Positions 21,136 through 30,421 of a stretch of 64,000 nucleotides of DNA are shown here, in pieces. The position numbers and the translations under genes were made by a program. The stretch comes from an uncultured Gemmatimonadales bacterium. Its GTDB lineage: Bacteria > Gemmatimonadota > Gemmatimonadetes > Longimicrobiales > RSA9. Location of the stretch: positions 1,600,001 through 1,664,000 of the forward strand of contig CAWCRS010000007.1 in the NCBI GenBank assembly GCA_963798085.1, in the 5' to 3' direction. Under the pieces are notes generated by a model. That model was not told the origin of the DNA. It ran no database searches and saw nothing but the letters and a program-made list of their open reading frames with translations. How positions within the stretch are numbered: the first letter of the stretch is position 1; each line of letters starts with the position of its first letter.

Positions 21136-22829
21136 GCGTGGTGGTGCAGCCGGCGCGTGACACGCGCACGTCCCGGCATGTGGGCGAGGAGACCGGGCTC
21201 GAGCTGGTGGTGCGCGACCTGAGCGGCACCGGCCTGGTCCGCGACTACCTTGCCGGTGCGCCGCAACTCGCGCGTTTCTACGCGGGCTTTCCGTTCGACC
21301 CTGGCGCATGGCAGCGCAAGGCGGCAGCCGTGCACGCGCGGCTGGACGGCGCAAAGCGCTCGCGCATCGCGGACGCATACCTGCCCTGTACCGAGCGCGC
21401 TCGCGCGCGCCTCTCCCGCGTCCTTGCCGGTGACGGTCTGGCGGTCACCACCGGTCAGCAGACCGGTCTCTTCGGCGGTCCCCTCTACACCATCTACAAG
21501 ATCCTGCGCGCCGTGCGCGCCGCGGAAACGCTCGAAGCGCTGCTCGAACAGCCGGTGGTGGCGGTATTCTGGCTGGCGGGTGACGATCACGACTGGGCGG
21601 AAGTGAATCATGCAGCGGTGGTGGACGGCGGCAGCGAGCTGAAACGCATTGCGCTGGGCGACGACGCGGATGCACCACCCGTCCCGATGTCGGCGCGCGT
21701 GCTGGGTCCGGACATCGAAACCGCTGTGGAAGCGCTCGTCGCCACGCTGCCACCCACGGAATTCGCCGCACCGCTGATCGAACGGGTGCGGAGCGCGTAC
21801 CGGCCGGGCGTCACGATGGCGAGTGCCTTCCGCGAGCTGCTGCTGGGTGTGCTCCGCGAAGTGGACGTGGTGCTGCTGGATCCCGCGCATCCCGCCGTCA
21901 AGCGAGCGGCCTCACCGCTGGTGCTGCGCGAGCTGGAGCAGGCGAGCACGCACGGCGCGCAGCTGGCGGCGCAGTCGGAGCGGCTGGTCGCGGCGGGTTA
22001 TCACGCGCAGGTCACCATCGCGCCGGAAGCCGCCAACGTGTTCCTGTATGACGATCAGGGCCGCGATCGCCTGACGCGTGAGGAGGGCGGCTGGATGCTG
22101 CGTCGTACGAAGCGCCTGCTGAGCGAGGAAGAGGTGCAGTCGCTGGTCGCCTCCGATCCGTCACGATTCTCCCCAAACGTGCTGTTAAGGCCGGTGGTGG
22201 AGAGCGCACTGATCCCGACGGTGGCGTACGTCGGTGGACCTGCCGAAGTGAGCTATTTCGCGCAGATCGGGTGCCTGTTCGAGGCGCATGGTGTGGAGCC
22301 GCCACTGGTGCTGCCACGGCTCAGCCTGACCATTGTGGAAGGGCGCGTGCGCAAGGTGCTGGACAAATTCGGTCTGGAGCCGGCCGACCTGACGCGCCCG
22401 TTCCACGAAGTGGCGACCGGCGTGGTTCACGGCGAGCTGCCGGATACGGTGACGGAGCCGCTGCGGCGGCTGCGCGAAGCGGCGCAGGCCGAATACGAGA
22501 CACTGGCCGAAGGCGCGGCAACCATCGACCCGACACTGCGCAACTGGGTGATCGGCGGCCGCAACACGCTGCTTGGCCAGCTGGACGGTGCGGAGAAGAA
22601 GATGACGTCGCACCTGAAGAAGAAGAGCGAGGTCGAGCTGGAGCAGCTGCGCAAGGCGGCGGTGAACGTGTTCCCCGGGGGCGAACCGCAGGATCGCGTG
22701 CTCAACATCCTGCCGTACCTGGCCCGCTACGGGCCGGGACTGCTGCGCGACCTGGCGGCCGCGGTAGGCGTGCAGCTGGATCGCGCAGTGCCGGGTTGGA
22801 CCGGCGTCGTGTGCGACGACGCGTCGTAG
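21132..22829 (+). CDS. bshC: Bacillithiol biosynthesis cysteine-adding enzyme
   Basis: TGQQTGLFGGPLYTIYK, FWLAGDDHD, FSPNVLLRP, YVGGPAEVSY, PQDR. Confidence 0.93.
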   Translation: MSVVVQPARDTRTSRHVGEETGLELVVRDLSGTGLVRDYLAGAPQLARFYAGFPFDPGAWQRKAAAVHARLDGAKRSRIADAYLPCTERARARLSRVLAGDGLAVTTGQQTGLFGGPLYTIYKILRAVRAAETLEALLEQPVVAVFWLAGDDHDWAEVNHAAVVDGGSELKRIALGDDADAPPVPMSARVLGPDIETAVEALVATLPPTEFAAPLIERVRSAYRPGVTMASAFRELLLGVLREVDVVLLDPAHPAVKRAASPLVLRELEQASTHGAQLAAQSERLVAAGYHAQVTIAPEAANVFLYDDQGRDRLTREEGGWMLRRTKRLLSEEEVQSLVASDPSRFSPNVLLRPVVESALIPTVAYVGGPAEVSYFAQIGCLFEAHGVEPPLVLPRLSLTIVEGRVRKVLDKFGLEPADLTRPFHEVATGVVHGELPDTVTEPLRRLREAAQAEYETLAEGAATIDPTLRNWVIGGRNTLLGQLDGAEKKMTSHLKKKSEVELEQLRKAAVNVFPGGEPQDRVLNILPYLARYGPGLLRDLAAAVGVQLDRAVPGWTGVVCDDAS

Positions 22830-22949
22830 AGCGGGGAGCGGGGCCGCGGGCGGCAGCGCGGGGTATGGGGTGCGAGACGTGACGGGTAACAACGGAATGT
22901 ACGCTGTACTGGCGATACTGTGGTGGGGGTGATTGGGGAGGTGGCTGGC

Positions 22950-22979
22950 TTGCCGGTGCACGAGAAACGGGAATAGCTT
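22950..22979 (+). promoter_or_regulatory. Putative sigma70 promoter, probably leaderless transcript
   Basis: TTGCCG(22950-55)-18 nt-TAGCTT(22974-79); ATG at 22985 with no Shine-Dalgarno. Confidence 0.45.
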
Positions 22980-22984
22980 CGCAT

Positions 22985-23269
22985 ATGGCGCTGATCGGCG
23001 TGCTGATCCTGCTGGGGATCGCGCTGATGATCCCGCTCACGGCGGTGATCCTGGACTCGCAGGTGGGGCGAGCGATTGCGGGTCGCCTGGAAGGTCAGCG
23101 CGAGCAGACGGGAACGCTGCCCGAACGGTTGACCGCGGTGGAAGGCGAAGTCGACCGGCTGAACGAACTGGTGGCACGACTGGAAGAAGAGGCCTCGTTC
23201 CTGCACCGGCTGCTGGACGAGAGGCCGGCTCCCGAAGGTCTGCTGCCGCCCGGTGACCGAGAGCACTGA
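22985..23269 (+). CDS. Small membrane-anchored coiled-coil hypothetical protein
   Basis: 94 aa; N-terminal hydrophobic helix then heptad pattern RLTAVEGEVDRLNELVARLEE; overlaps the murJ start. Confidence 0.8.
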   Translation: MALIGVLILLGIALMIPLTAVILDSQVGRAIAGRLEGQREQTGTLPERLTAVEGEVDRLNELVARLEEEASFLHRLLDERPAPEGLLPPGDREH

Positions 23270-24920
23270 GGCCACGGCCAGCGGGACGAAGGAGAACGCG
23301 GCCCGCACGCGCGCCCGCTCGGGACGCTCCGCCCGCCTCGTGGGCGCGGGTATTCTGCTCAGTCGTGTGGCCGGCTTCGTGCGCGAACGCGCACTGGCGC
23401 ACTTCCTCGGAACATCGCTGTTCGCATCCGCATTCCGCTCCGCACTGCGCATTCCCAACATCATCCAGAACCTGCTGGGCGAAGGCACGCTGAGCGCGTC
23501 CTTCATTCCCGTGTACGCGCGACTGCTGGAGCGCGGAGAAGAGGAAGAGGCGGGCCGGCTGGCAGGCGCGGTGTTCGCGCTGCTGCTGGCGATTGCCGGG
23601 CTGTTCGCGATCCTGGGCATCACGCTGGCGGGCGCGATCGTGCACATCACGTCAACGGGATTCCACGGCGAGATCTACGAAGTGAGCGTGCGCTGCACGC
23701 GCATTCTCTTTCCCATGACAGGCATGCTCGTGCTGTCGGCATGGGCGCTGGGCATCCTGAACAGCCATCGGCGCTTCTTCGTGTCGTACTCGGCGCCGGT
23801 ATTGTGGAACGTGGCCATCATCGCGGCCGTGTTCGTGTTCGCAGCGTACTACACGGGCTCGGATCTGGTGGCTGCGGTTTCATGGGGCGCCCTGGCGGGT
23901 GGCGTGCTGCAGTTCCTGGTGCAGCTGCCGTGGGTGGTCAGGCTGGATCCGTTCGTTCGCCTGCACTGGGACGTGGCGTCTGCCAATGTGCGGCAGGTGA
24001 TGCGCAACGCTGGGCCGGTACTGGTGGGCCGCGGCGTGGTGCAGCTGGTTGCCTTCCTCGACCTCTTCCTGGCCTCGTTCCTGTTCCTGGGCGCAGTGGC
24101 CGTGCTGGGTTACGCGCAGACGATCTTCCTGCTGCCCGTGAGCCTGTTCGGCATGTCCGTGGCGGCGGCGGAGCTGCCCGAGATGTCGCGCCACGGCGAT
24201 GAGCGCCGGGAAGCACTGCGCGCGCGCATCGAGGTGGGCATCCAGCGCATTGCCTTCCTGGTAGTGCCCGCCGAGGTCGGGTTCATCCTGCTGGGCGACG
24301 TGGTGGTGGGCGCGCTCTACCAAACAGGACATTTCACGCGCCTGGACACAATGCTGGTGCACCTGGTGCTGGCAGGATACTCCGTAGGCCTGGTGGCGAC
24401 CACGAGCACCCGACTCTACTCGTCCGCCTTCTACGCGCTCAACGACACACGCACGCCGGCGCGCATGGCGATCCTGCGTGTGATCCTGGCGTCCGCGCTG
24501 GGCGCACTCCTGATGCTGGTGCTCGAGCGGTTCGCCGTGACGCAGCCGTACGCCATTGTCCGCAACCTCGGCGACATCGAGCACACGCGACCGCTGGGCG
24601 CCGCGGGCCTGGCCCTGGGCGCCGGCATCAGCGGCTGGGTGGAATGGACGCTGCTGCGCCGGCGCATCCAGCAGCGTGTCGGCGAGCTGAATGCCGGCCG
24701 GCACGCGCTGCCCAGGCTGGCCCTTGCCGCGCTGCTCCCGGCCATCCTGCTGCGCGCCACTCTCGTCTTCACCCCGACACTTCCCCCGCTGTTCACCGCC
24801 GCCATTGTCCTGCCTCTCTTCGGCGCGACGTACCTGCTGCTGGCAGCATGGATGGGCGTCGCCCAGGCTCGTCGCACTCTGCTCCGTCTCACGAACCGCG
24901 GAGAGCGCGGAAGGCACTGA
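23253..24920 (+). CDS. murJ: Lipid II flippase MurJ (MviN)
   Basis: LSRVAGFVRE, RIPN..QNLLGEGTLSASFIP, FYALNDTRTP; many TM helices. Confidence 0.95.
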   Translation: MTESTEATASGTKENAARTRARSGRSARLVGAGILLSRVAGFVRERALAHFLGTSLFASAFRSALRIPNIIQNLLGEGTLSASFIPVYARLLERGEEEEAGRLAGAVFALLLAIAGLFAILGITLAGAIVHITSTGFHGEIYEVSVRCTRILFPMTGMLVLSAWALGILNSHRRFFVSYSAPVLWNVAIIAAVFVFAAYYTGSDLVAAVSWGALAGGVLQFLVQLPWVVRLDPFVRLHWDVASANVRQVMRNAGPVLVGRGVVQLVAFLDLFLASFLFLGAVAVLGYAQTIFLLPVSLFGMSVAAAELPEMSRHGDERREALRARIEVGIQRIAFLVVPAEVGFILLGDVVVGALYQTGHFTRLDTMLVHLVLAGYSVGLVATTSTRLYSSAFYALNDTRTPARMAILRVILASALGALLMLVLERFAVTQPYAIVRNLGDIEHTRPLGAAGLALGAGISGWVEWTLLRRRIQQRVGELNAGRHALPRLALAALLPAILLRATLVFTPTLPPLFTAAIVLPLFGATYLLLAAWMGVAQARRTLLRLTNRGERGRH

Positions 24921-25671
24921 GCACCGAGGTGGCAGAAAGGATCGGGAGAATATTCAACCACGGAACCAACAGAAACAGGGTGCGCATGACTTGATCCTGC
25001 AGGGCAGGATAACAGCAGATTAACGAATTTCTGACTTGACGGATCCGAGGCGTCGATTCAACGGGGAATGGCCGAACGGATCGGGTTTCGAGGCAACCGC
25101 GACCTCGGGATTCTTCGATAGAGGACACTCCGCCTCTCCCCACCCCTGAACGGGTGCCCTTGCCCGCGTCCGACCCCTGAACGCACAGGGCTTTCCCCTC
25201 ACCCGCTGAAACGCCACCAAGGGGGTTCGCCCGCCCGTAATGGCTTGTCAGGTCGCGCCGCTGTTGGGCGAGGGCAAGGGAAAGGGGTCGGACGCGGACG
25301 CGGGCACAGGTTGAGGGGAAGGGATGGGGGGAGGGGAAGCAAGCAGATCGGCCCTGCTCATTCCCCGAACGCCACAGCAGCGCTGCGGCCGACAGAATCC
25401 GGTCAACGCGGCTGCCGGAATGGATTTCAAGAGAAGACCAGACAGAGAGACGACCGGCCGGCAACGAGGCTGGAGAATCGAGCGCCCGGGACGGATCGGT
25501 CGTCGCGGGTCCGGATCGGGATCCCATTGGGTAGAATGGGGTGCGGTCTGCTGGCTCGCGTGCCGGGAGCGGAACGCGCTGTCGCCCGCGCAGGCAATGC
25601 GCATCCTTTGCCGTTCGCGGCGGCCGAGCCCGGACGCCTGCGGTCTCAGCGCGTTCTGCGCCCGCTGCGGT
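24895..25671. repeat. Non-coding segment bracketed by nested imperfect inverted repeats (MITE/REP-like)
   Basis: 27-nt arms 24895-24921 and 25645-25671 (21 Watson-Crick + 2 G-U); inner pair 24977-24987/25597-25607; exact 15-nt pair CCGCGTCCGACCCCT/AGGGGTCGGACGCGG near 25164/25283. Confidence 0.6.
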
Positions 25672-25691
25672 GAAAGGTACACGGGGTACAG

Positions 25692-27530
25692 GTGAGTGTG
25701 ATTGACCTGGAGAGGAAGCTGCGACATCTGCCGGCGCGGCCGGGCGTGTATCTGTTCAAGGACCGCCGGGGCGAGTTCCTCTACATTGGCAAGGCGAACT
25801 CGCTGCGGGCGAGGGTGCGCAGTCATTTCGCGACGGATGGCGCGGGTTCCATCAAGAACCACGAGATGCTGCGGCGGGTTGCGGACATCGACTCGATTGT
25901 GGTGGGCTCGGAGGCGGAGGCTCTGCTGCTGGAGGCGAATCTCATCAAGGCGCACCGGCCGCGCTTCAACATCCGGCTGCGTGACGACAAGAAGTACCCG
26001 TACATCAAGGTGACGCTGGCGGAGCCGTTTCCGCGGGTCTATGTGACGCGACGGCTGGACAATGATGGCAGCCGGTACTTCGGGCCGTACACGGATGTGG
26101 GCGCGATGCGGCACGCGCTGGAGGTCATCAAGCGGGCGTACACGGTGCGCAGCTGCCGCTACGACCTGCCCACGGAGGCGCCGGCGAGGCCGTGTCTGGA
26201 CTACCACATCGGGCGCTGCCAGGCGCCGTGCGTCGGGCTGCAGACCATGGAGTCGTACCGGGCCATGGTGGACGAAGTACTGGATGTGTTAGGCGGCCAC
26301 ACGGACGAGGTGCGAAGCCGCGTCGAGCGGGAAATGCACGAGGCGGCGGGCTCTCTCGACTTCGAGCGCGCGGCCCAGCTGCGCGACGTGATCACCGGCC
26401 TCAATGCGATCGAGCGGCGGCAGCGCGCGCTGGACATGCGCGGCCGCGACATCGACGTGATCGGTGCGGCCCGCGACGGCGACCGGGCCTGCGTCATTCT
26501 GCTGCGCATCCGTGGCGGCAAGCTGCTGGGTCGCGAGCTGGACTTCTTCTCCAACCTGGGCGACGAACCGGATGGTGCGCTGCTGTCGACGGCGGCCATG
26601 CGCCTGTATTTCGGGCGCGGCGAGACGGGCATGGCGGACCTGCCGAGGGAATTGCTGTTTCCGGGTGAGTTCGATGATCGCGAAGCATTCGCGGAGCTGC
26701 TTGTGAAACAGGCGGGACGCGGGATCAATGTGCACGTGCCGCAACGGGGCGAGAAGGTGCAGCTCATCGAACTGGCCAACCAGAACGCGCGCCATCTGCT
26801 GGAAGAGCGTGCCGTGCTGTCGCGCGATGCGACCGGGCGCGCCGACGATACGCTCTACGACCTGCAGGAAGCACTGGACATGAAGGTGGTGCCTCGCCTG
26901 GCGGTGTGCTTCGACATCTCGCACACGCAGGGCGATGAAGTCGTGGGCAGCGCCATCGCGTTCCGCAACGGCGAGCCGGACAAGGGCGAGTATCGCAAGT
27001 TCAGGATCAAGGGCGATTGGGGCAACGACGACTTCGCGTCGATGGAGGAAGTGGTAGGCCGCTACCTGCGGCGGCGCATGACGGAGGGCCAGCCACTGCC
27101 GGAGCTGATCCTGATCGATGGCGGCCGCGGCCAGCTGGCGGCCGCGGTGCGCGCGGCGGATACGTGCGATGCGCGCGACATCGCGTTTGCCAGTCTGGCC
27201 AAGCGCGAAGAGGATGTCTACCTTCCGGGCCGCCCGGAGCCGCTGCGGCTGGCAAGGACGAGCCGCGCGCTCCGGCTGCTGCAGCGCATGCGCGATGAGG
27301 CGCACCGCTTTGCCCACAGCTTCAATCGCAATCGCCGGCAGAAAAAAGCCTTGAGCAGCGAGCTGAACGAGATACCGGGCATCGGGCCGGCAAGACGTCA
27401 GGCACTGCTGGCACGGTTCGGCAGTGTGCGCGCACTGCGCGGCGCGAGCGTCGAGGAGATTGCCGGGCTGCGAGGCTTCTCGACCACGCTCGCCACGCAC
27501 GTCGCCACGCATCTCAAGAAGGGTTCGTGA
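25692..27530 (+). CDS. uvrC: Excinuclease ABC subunit C
   Basis: GIY-YIG (GVY..YIGKA), LRDDKKYPYI, Cys cluster, UVR motif, FDISH, LIDGGRGQ, RDEAHRFA, HhH IPGIGP. Confidence 0.97.
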   Translation: MSVIDLERKLRHLPARPGVYLFKDRRGEFLYIGKANSLRARVRSHFATDGAGSIKNHEMLRRVADIDSIVVGSEAEALLLEANLIKAHRPRFNIRLRDDKKYPYIKVTLAEPFPRVYVTRRLDNDGSRYFGPYTDVGAMRHALEVIKRAYTVRSCRYDLPTEAPARPCLDYHIGRCQAPCVGLQTMESYRAMVDEVLDVLGGHTDEVRSRVEREMHEAAGSLDFERAAQLRDVITGLNAIERRQRALDMRGRDIDVIGAARDGDRACVILLRIRGGKLLGRELDFFSNLGDEPDGALLSTAAMRLYFGRGETGMADLPRELLFPGEFDDREAFAELLVKQAGRGINVHVPQRGEKVQLIELANQNARHLLEERAVLSRDATGRADDTLYDLQEALDMKVVPRLAVCFDISHTQGDEVVGSAIAFRNGEPDKGEYRKFRIKGDWGNDDFASMEEVVGRYLRRRMTEGQPLPELILIDGGRGQLAAAVRAADTCDARDIAFASLAKREEDVYLPGRPEPLRLARTSRALRLLQRMRDEAHRFAHSFNRNRRQKKALSSELNEIPGIGPARRQALLARFGSVRALRGASVEEIAGLRGFSTTLATHVATHLKKGS

Positions 27531-28963
27531 CCCGCACGCGCTTCGCTCCCAGCCCGACGGGGTCCCTGCACATCGGCAATGTGCGCATCGCCGTGCTCAA
27601 CTGGCTGCTGGCCCGCCATGATAACGGCGAGTTTCTGCTGCGCATCGAAGACACCAATGTGGAGCGCAACGTGCCCGGCGCGGAGGCGACGATCTTCCAG
27701 GACCTGCGCTGGCTGGGCCTCGACTGGGATGAGGGTCCGGCGTGGGAAGGACGTCCCGCGGAAAGTCGCTACGGTCCGTTCCGTCAGTCCGAACGCGGCG
27801 CCATCTACCACGATGCCGCGGAGCGGCTGCACGCGGCAGGCCACGCATTCCCCTGCTTCTGCACCGATGCGGAGCTGGAAGCCATGCGCGCTGCCGCGCT
27901 GGCGCGGGTTGAGTCGTTCCGCTACGACGGGCGCTGCGCTCGACTCAGCGCTGCCGAGCGCGCCGCGCGGCAGGCACAGGGACTCAAGCCGGCGCTGCGG
28001 TTCCGCGTGCCCGAGGGCGAGACCGTACTGGTGCGTGACGCCATTCGCGGCGAGATCCGCTTCGCCACGGATGAGGTAAGCGATTTCGTGCTGCTGCGCG
28101 CCGATGGCCGGCCCACCTACAACTTTGCCGTGGTCGTGGACGACATTGCCATGGCGATCACGCACGTGGTGCGGGGATCGGGGCATCTGTCGAATACGCC
28201 GCGGCAGGTGCTGCTGTACCGCGCGTTCGGCGCGCCCGAGCCCGTGTTCGCACACGTGCCCACCGTGCTGGGGCCGGACCGCCAGAAGCTTTCCAAGCGC
28301 CATGGTGCGCAGGCCCTGAGCGATTACCGCGCGCAGGGCTATCATCCGGACGCGCTGGTCAATTACCTGTCGCTGCTGTCGTGGTCGAGCCCGAGTGGCG
28401 ATGAGGTGCTGGAGCGCGACCGGCTGGTGCGCGAGATCTCACTGGAGCGCATGGGCGTCGCCGATGTGGTCTACGACCCGGACAAGCTGCGCTGGCTCTC
28501 GGCCCGCCACATCGAGCGCATGCCGCTGCCGGCGCTGGTGCAGGCGGTGCAGCCCTTCCTGGACGCGCGCAGCCGGCAGATACCCAACGAGCTGTTAGAC
28601 GATGCCGTGGGCGCCGTGCGCAGCCACCTGTCGACGTTCGCCGAGGTCAACGAACACCTGGCGTCCCTCTTCCCGCCGGAAGATGGGGCGCAGGAAATTG
28701 CGCTGGACGACGCCGGGCAGGCCGTGGTGCGGGCGGCGGCCACCGTGCTCGCGGATGTCAGCGCATGGCAGCGGACGCCGCTGGAGGCCGCGCTCAGGAC
28801 GATCGGGGAGCGTGCGGGCGTGCGCGGCCGCGCACTGTACACGCCCCTGCGCCTGGCGCTCACCGGACAGGAACACGGTCCGCCGTTCTGGGCGGTGCTG
28901 GAAGTGCAGGGCAGGGAACCCGTGCTGGAGCGCCTGCGGCAGGCGGCGGCAGGTGGACGATGA
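27527..28963 (+). CDS. gltX: Glutamate--tRNA ligase
   Basis: RFAPSPTGSLHIGN, LRIEDT, PTYNFAVVVDD, KLSKR, anticodon-binding PLRLALTG..HGP. Confidence 0.93.
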   Translation: MTRTRFAPSPTGSLHIGNVRIAVLNWLLARHDNGEFLLRIEDTNVERNVPGAEATIFQDLRWLGLDWDEGPAWEGRPAESRYGPFRQSERGAIYHDAAERLHAAGHAFPCFCTDAELEAMRAAALARVESFRYDGRCARLSAAERAARQAQGLKPALRFRVPEGETVLVRDAIRGEIRFATDEVSDFVLLRADGRPTYNFAVVVDDIAMAITHVVRGSGHLSNTPRQVLLYRAFGAPEPVFAHVPTVLGPDRQKLSKRHGAQALSDYRAQGYHPDALVNYLSLLSWSSPSGDEVLERDRLVREISLERMGVADVVYDPDKLRWLSARHIERMPLPALVQAVQPFLDARSRQIPNELLDDAVGAVRSHLSTFAEVNEHLASLFPPEDGAQEIALDDAGQAVVRAAATVLADVSAWQRTPLEAALRTIGERAGVRGRALYTPLRLALTGQEHGPPFWAVLEVQGREPVLERLRQAAAGGR

Positions 28964-29006
28964 ATCGTCGCCTGCAATCCGTAACCTACAGCACGAACGA
29001 AAACGC

Positions 29007-30167
29007 ATGGGCGCGCTGATCTTCGATCCCTTTGCCGGCATCAGTGGCGACATGATGCTGGGGGCACTCGTGGACCTGGGCCTGCCCGCGGAATGGCTGC
29101 GCGATTTCGTGGCCGCGCTGGGCATCGCTGCGGTGACGGTGGACGTGCAGCGCGTGATGCGCCAGGGCATTGCCTGCACGCAGGTGCGATTCACATTGCC
29201 ACAGGAACACGCGCACCGGCATCTGCGCCACGTACTCGAGATCATTGAGGGCGCACAGGCGGGTCAGGCCGCGAAAGCCAGGGCGGCCGAGGCGTTCCGC
29301 AGACTGGCGGACGCGGAAGCGCGTATTCACGGCACAACACCGGACAAGGTACACTTCCACGAGGTGGGCGCGCTGGATGCGATCCTCGACGTGCTGTGCG
29401 CCATGGCGGGCATCGAGCAGCTCGGTGTAACCGAGTGTTATACGCGGCCGGTGGCGGTGGGAAAGGGCTGGGTCGCGATGGCGCACGGCCGCTTTCCGGT
29501 GCCCGCGCCGGCAACCCTGGAGCTGCTGCGCGGCATGGCGCTGACAGGCCACGAGCTGGAAGGCGAGTGCACCACGCCGACAGGCGCCGCGCTGCTGGCC
29601 GTGCTGAGCGAAGGTCGCACTCCGCCGCCCGGGCTGCGTGTCACGGCGACGGGCTTCGGCGCGGGCAGCCGCGACCCGCAGGACCGGCCCAACTGTCTGC
29701 GGCTCATCGCCTGCGAGTCCTCCTCCGCGAGCGATGCGCTGTACCTGCTGCAGACCGACATTGATGACCTGGCGCCGGAATACGTGCCGCCGGCGCAGGA
29801 AGCGCTGTTCCAGGCGGGCGCGCTGGACGTAACCGTGACGGCGGTTTCCATGAAGAAGGGGCGGCCCGGTGTGCGACTGGAGGCACTGGTGCCGCCGGAT
29901 GCACTGGAACGGGTGCTGACATCGCTGTTCCGCAACACGCCGACACTGGGTGCGCGCTACTGGCCGGTGGTGCGGCCGGCCCTGGCGAGGAGCGAAGACA
30001 GCGTCGAATGGCGGGGCCAGCACATCCGCCGCAAGCGCGTGGAACTGCCAGGCGGCGGCCAGCGTGCCAAGCCGGAATACGAGGACGTGGTGCGTGCCGC
30101 GCAGGCGCTGGGACTCACGCCGCTGGAAGTGCGGATCGCGCTCGAGGCCGAGGGCGCCACGTCCTGA
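29007..30167 (+). CDS. larC: Nickel pincer cofactor biosynthesis protein LarC
   Basis: GISGDMMLGALVD, VHFHEVGALD, HG..PVPAPAT, TTPTGAA, MKKGRPG, KPEYED. Confidence 0.92.
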   Translation: MGALIFDPFAGISGDMMLGALVDLGLPAEWLRDFVAALGIAAVTVDVQRVMRQGIACTQVRFTLPQEHAHRHLRHVLEIIEGAQAGQAAKARAAEAFRRLADAEARIHGTTPDKVHFHEVGALDAILDVLCAMAGIEQLGVTECYTRPVAVGKGWVAMAHGRFPVPAPATLELLRGMALTGHELEGECTTPTGAALLAVLSEGRTPPPGLRVTATGFGAGSRDPQDRPNCLRLIACESSSASDALYLLQTDIDDLAPEYVPPAQEALFQAGALDVTVTAVSMKKGRPGVRLEALVPPDALERVLTSLFRNTPTLGARYWPVVRPALARSEDSVEWRGQHIRRKRVELPGGGQRAKPEYEDVVRAAQALGLTPLEVRIALEAEGATS

Positions 30168-30282
30168 GCGGCGGACAACGGGCGTCCTCCGCCGGGCACG
30201 TCCGCGTCCCGACCCGCGCCTCGGCAATGGCTGCGCGTCCAGCCTTTCCCGCGTCAATGCACGGCGGGCGTGTCGCCTGCGA

Positions 30283-30299
30283 CTGGCACTGTGCTTGCC
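30283..30299 (+). promoter_or_regulatory. Putative sigma54 -24/-12 promoter
   Basis: CTGGCAC-TGTGC-TTGC matches TGGCAC-N5-TTGC, about 120 nt upstream of the TPR gene. Confidence 0.55.
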
Positions 30300-30421
30300 A
30301 CCCGGAAGCCGGGGAGCAAGACTCCCGAGGGGCGAGTTTGGGGCCAACCTTCGCCGGGGGTGCGGGGTATACCGGGCCACTCGCCGAGACAACGTGCGCA
30401 AGTCGAATGAGGGGGTCCTTG

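Noticed and set aside
22831..22940. G-run-rich gap as a G-quadruplex
   Set aside because: G runs are present but common in GC-rich DNA; no independent support.
25677..25689. GTAC-N5-GTAC upstream of uvrC as an SOS box
   Set aside because: Spacing does not match a LexA box I know, and the motif is too short to support.
24889..25695. ORFs of 66-212 aa in the murJ-uvrC gap
   Set aside because: R/G/P-rich and motif-free; they look like translations of the inverted-repeat sequence.
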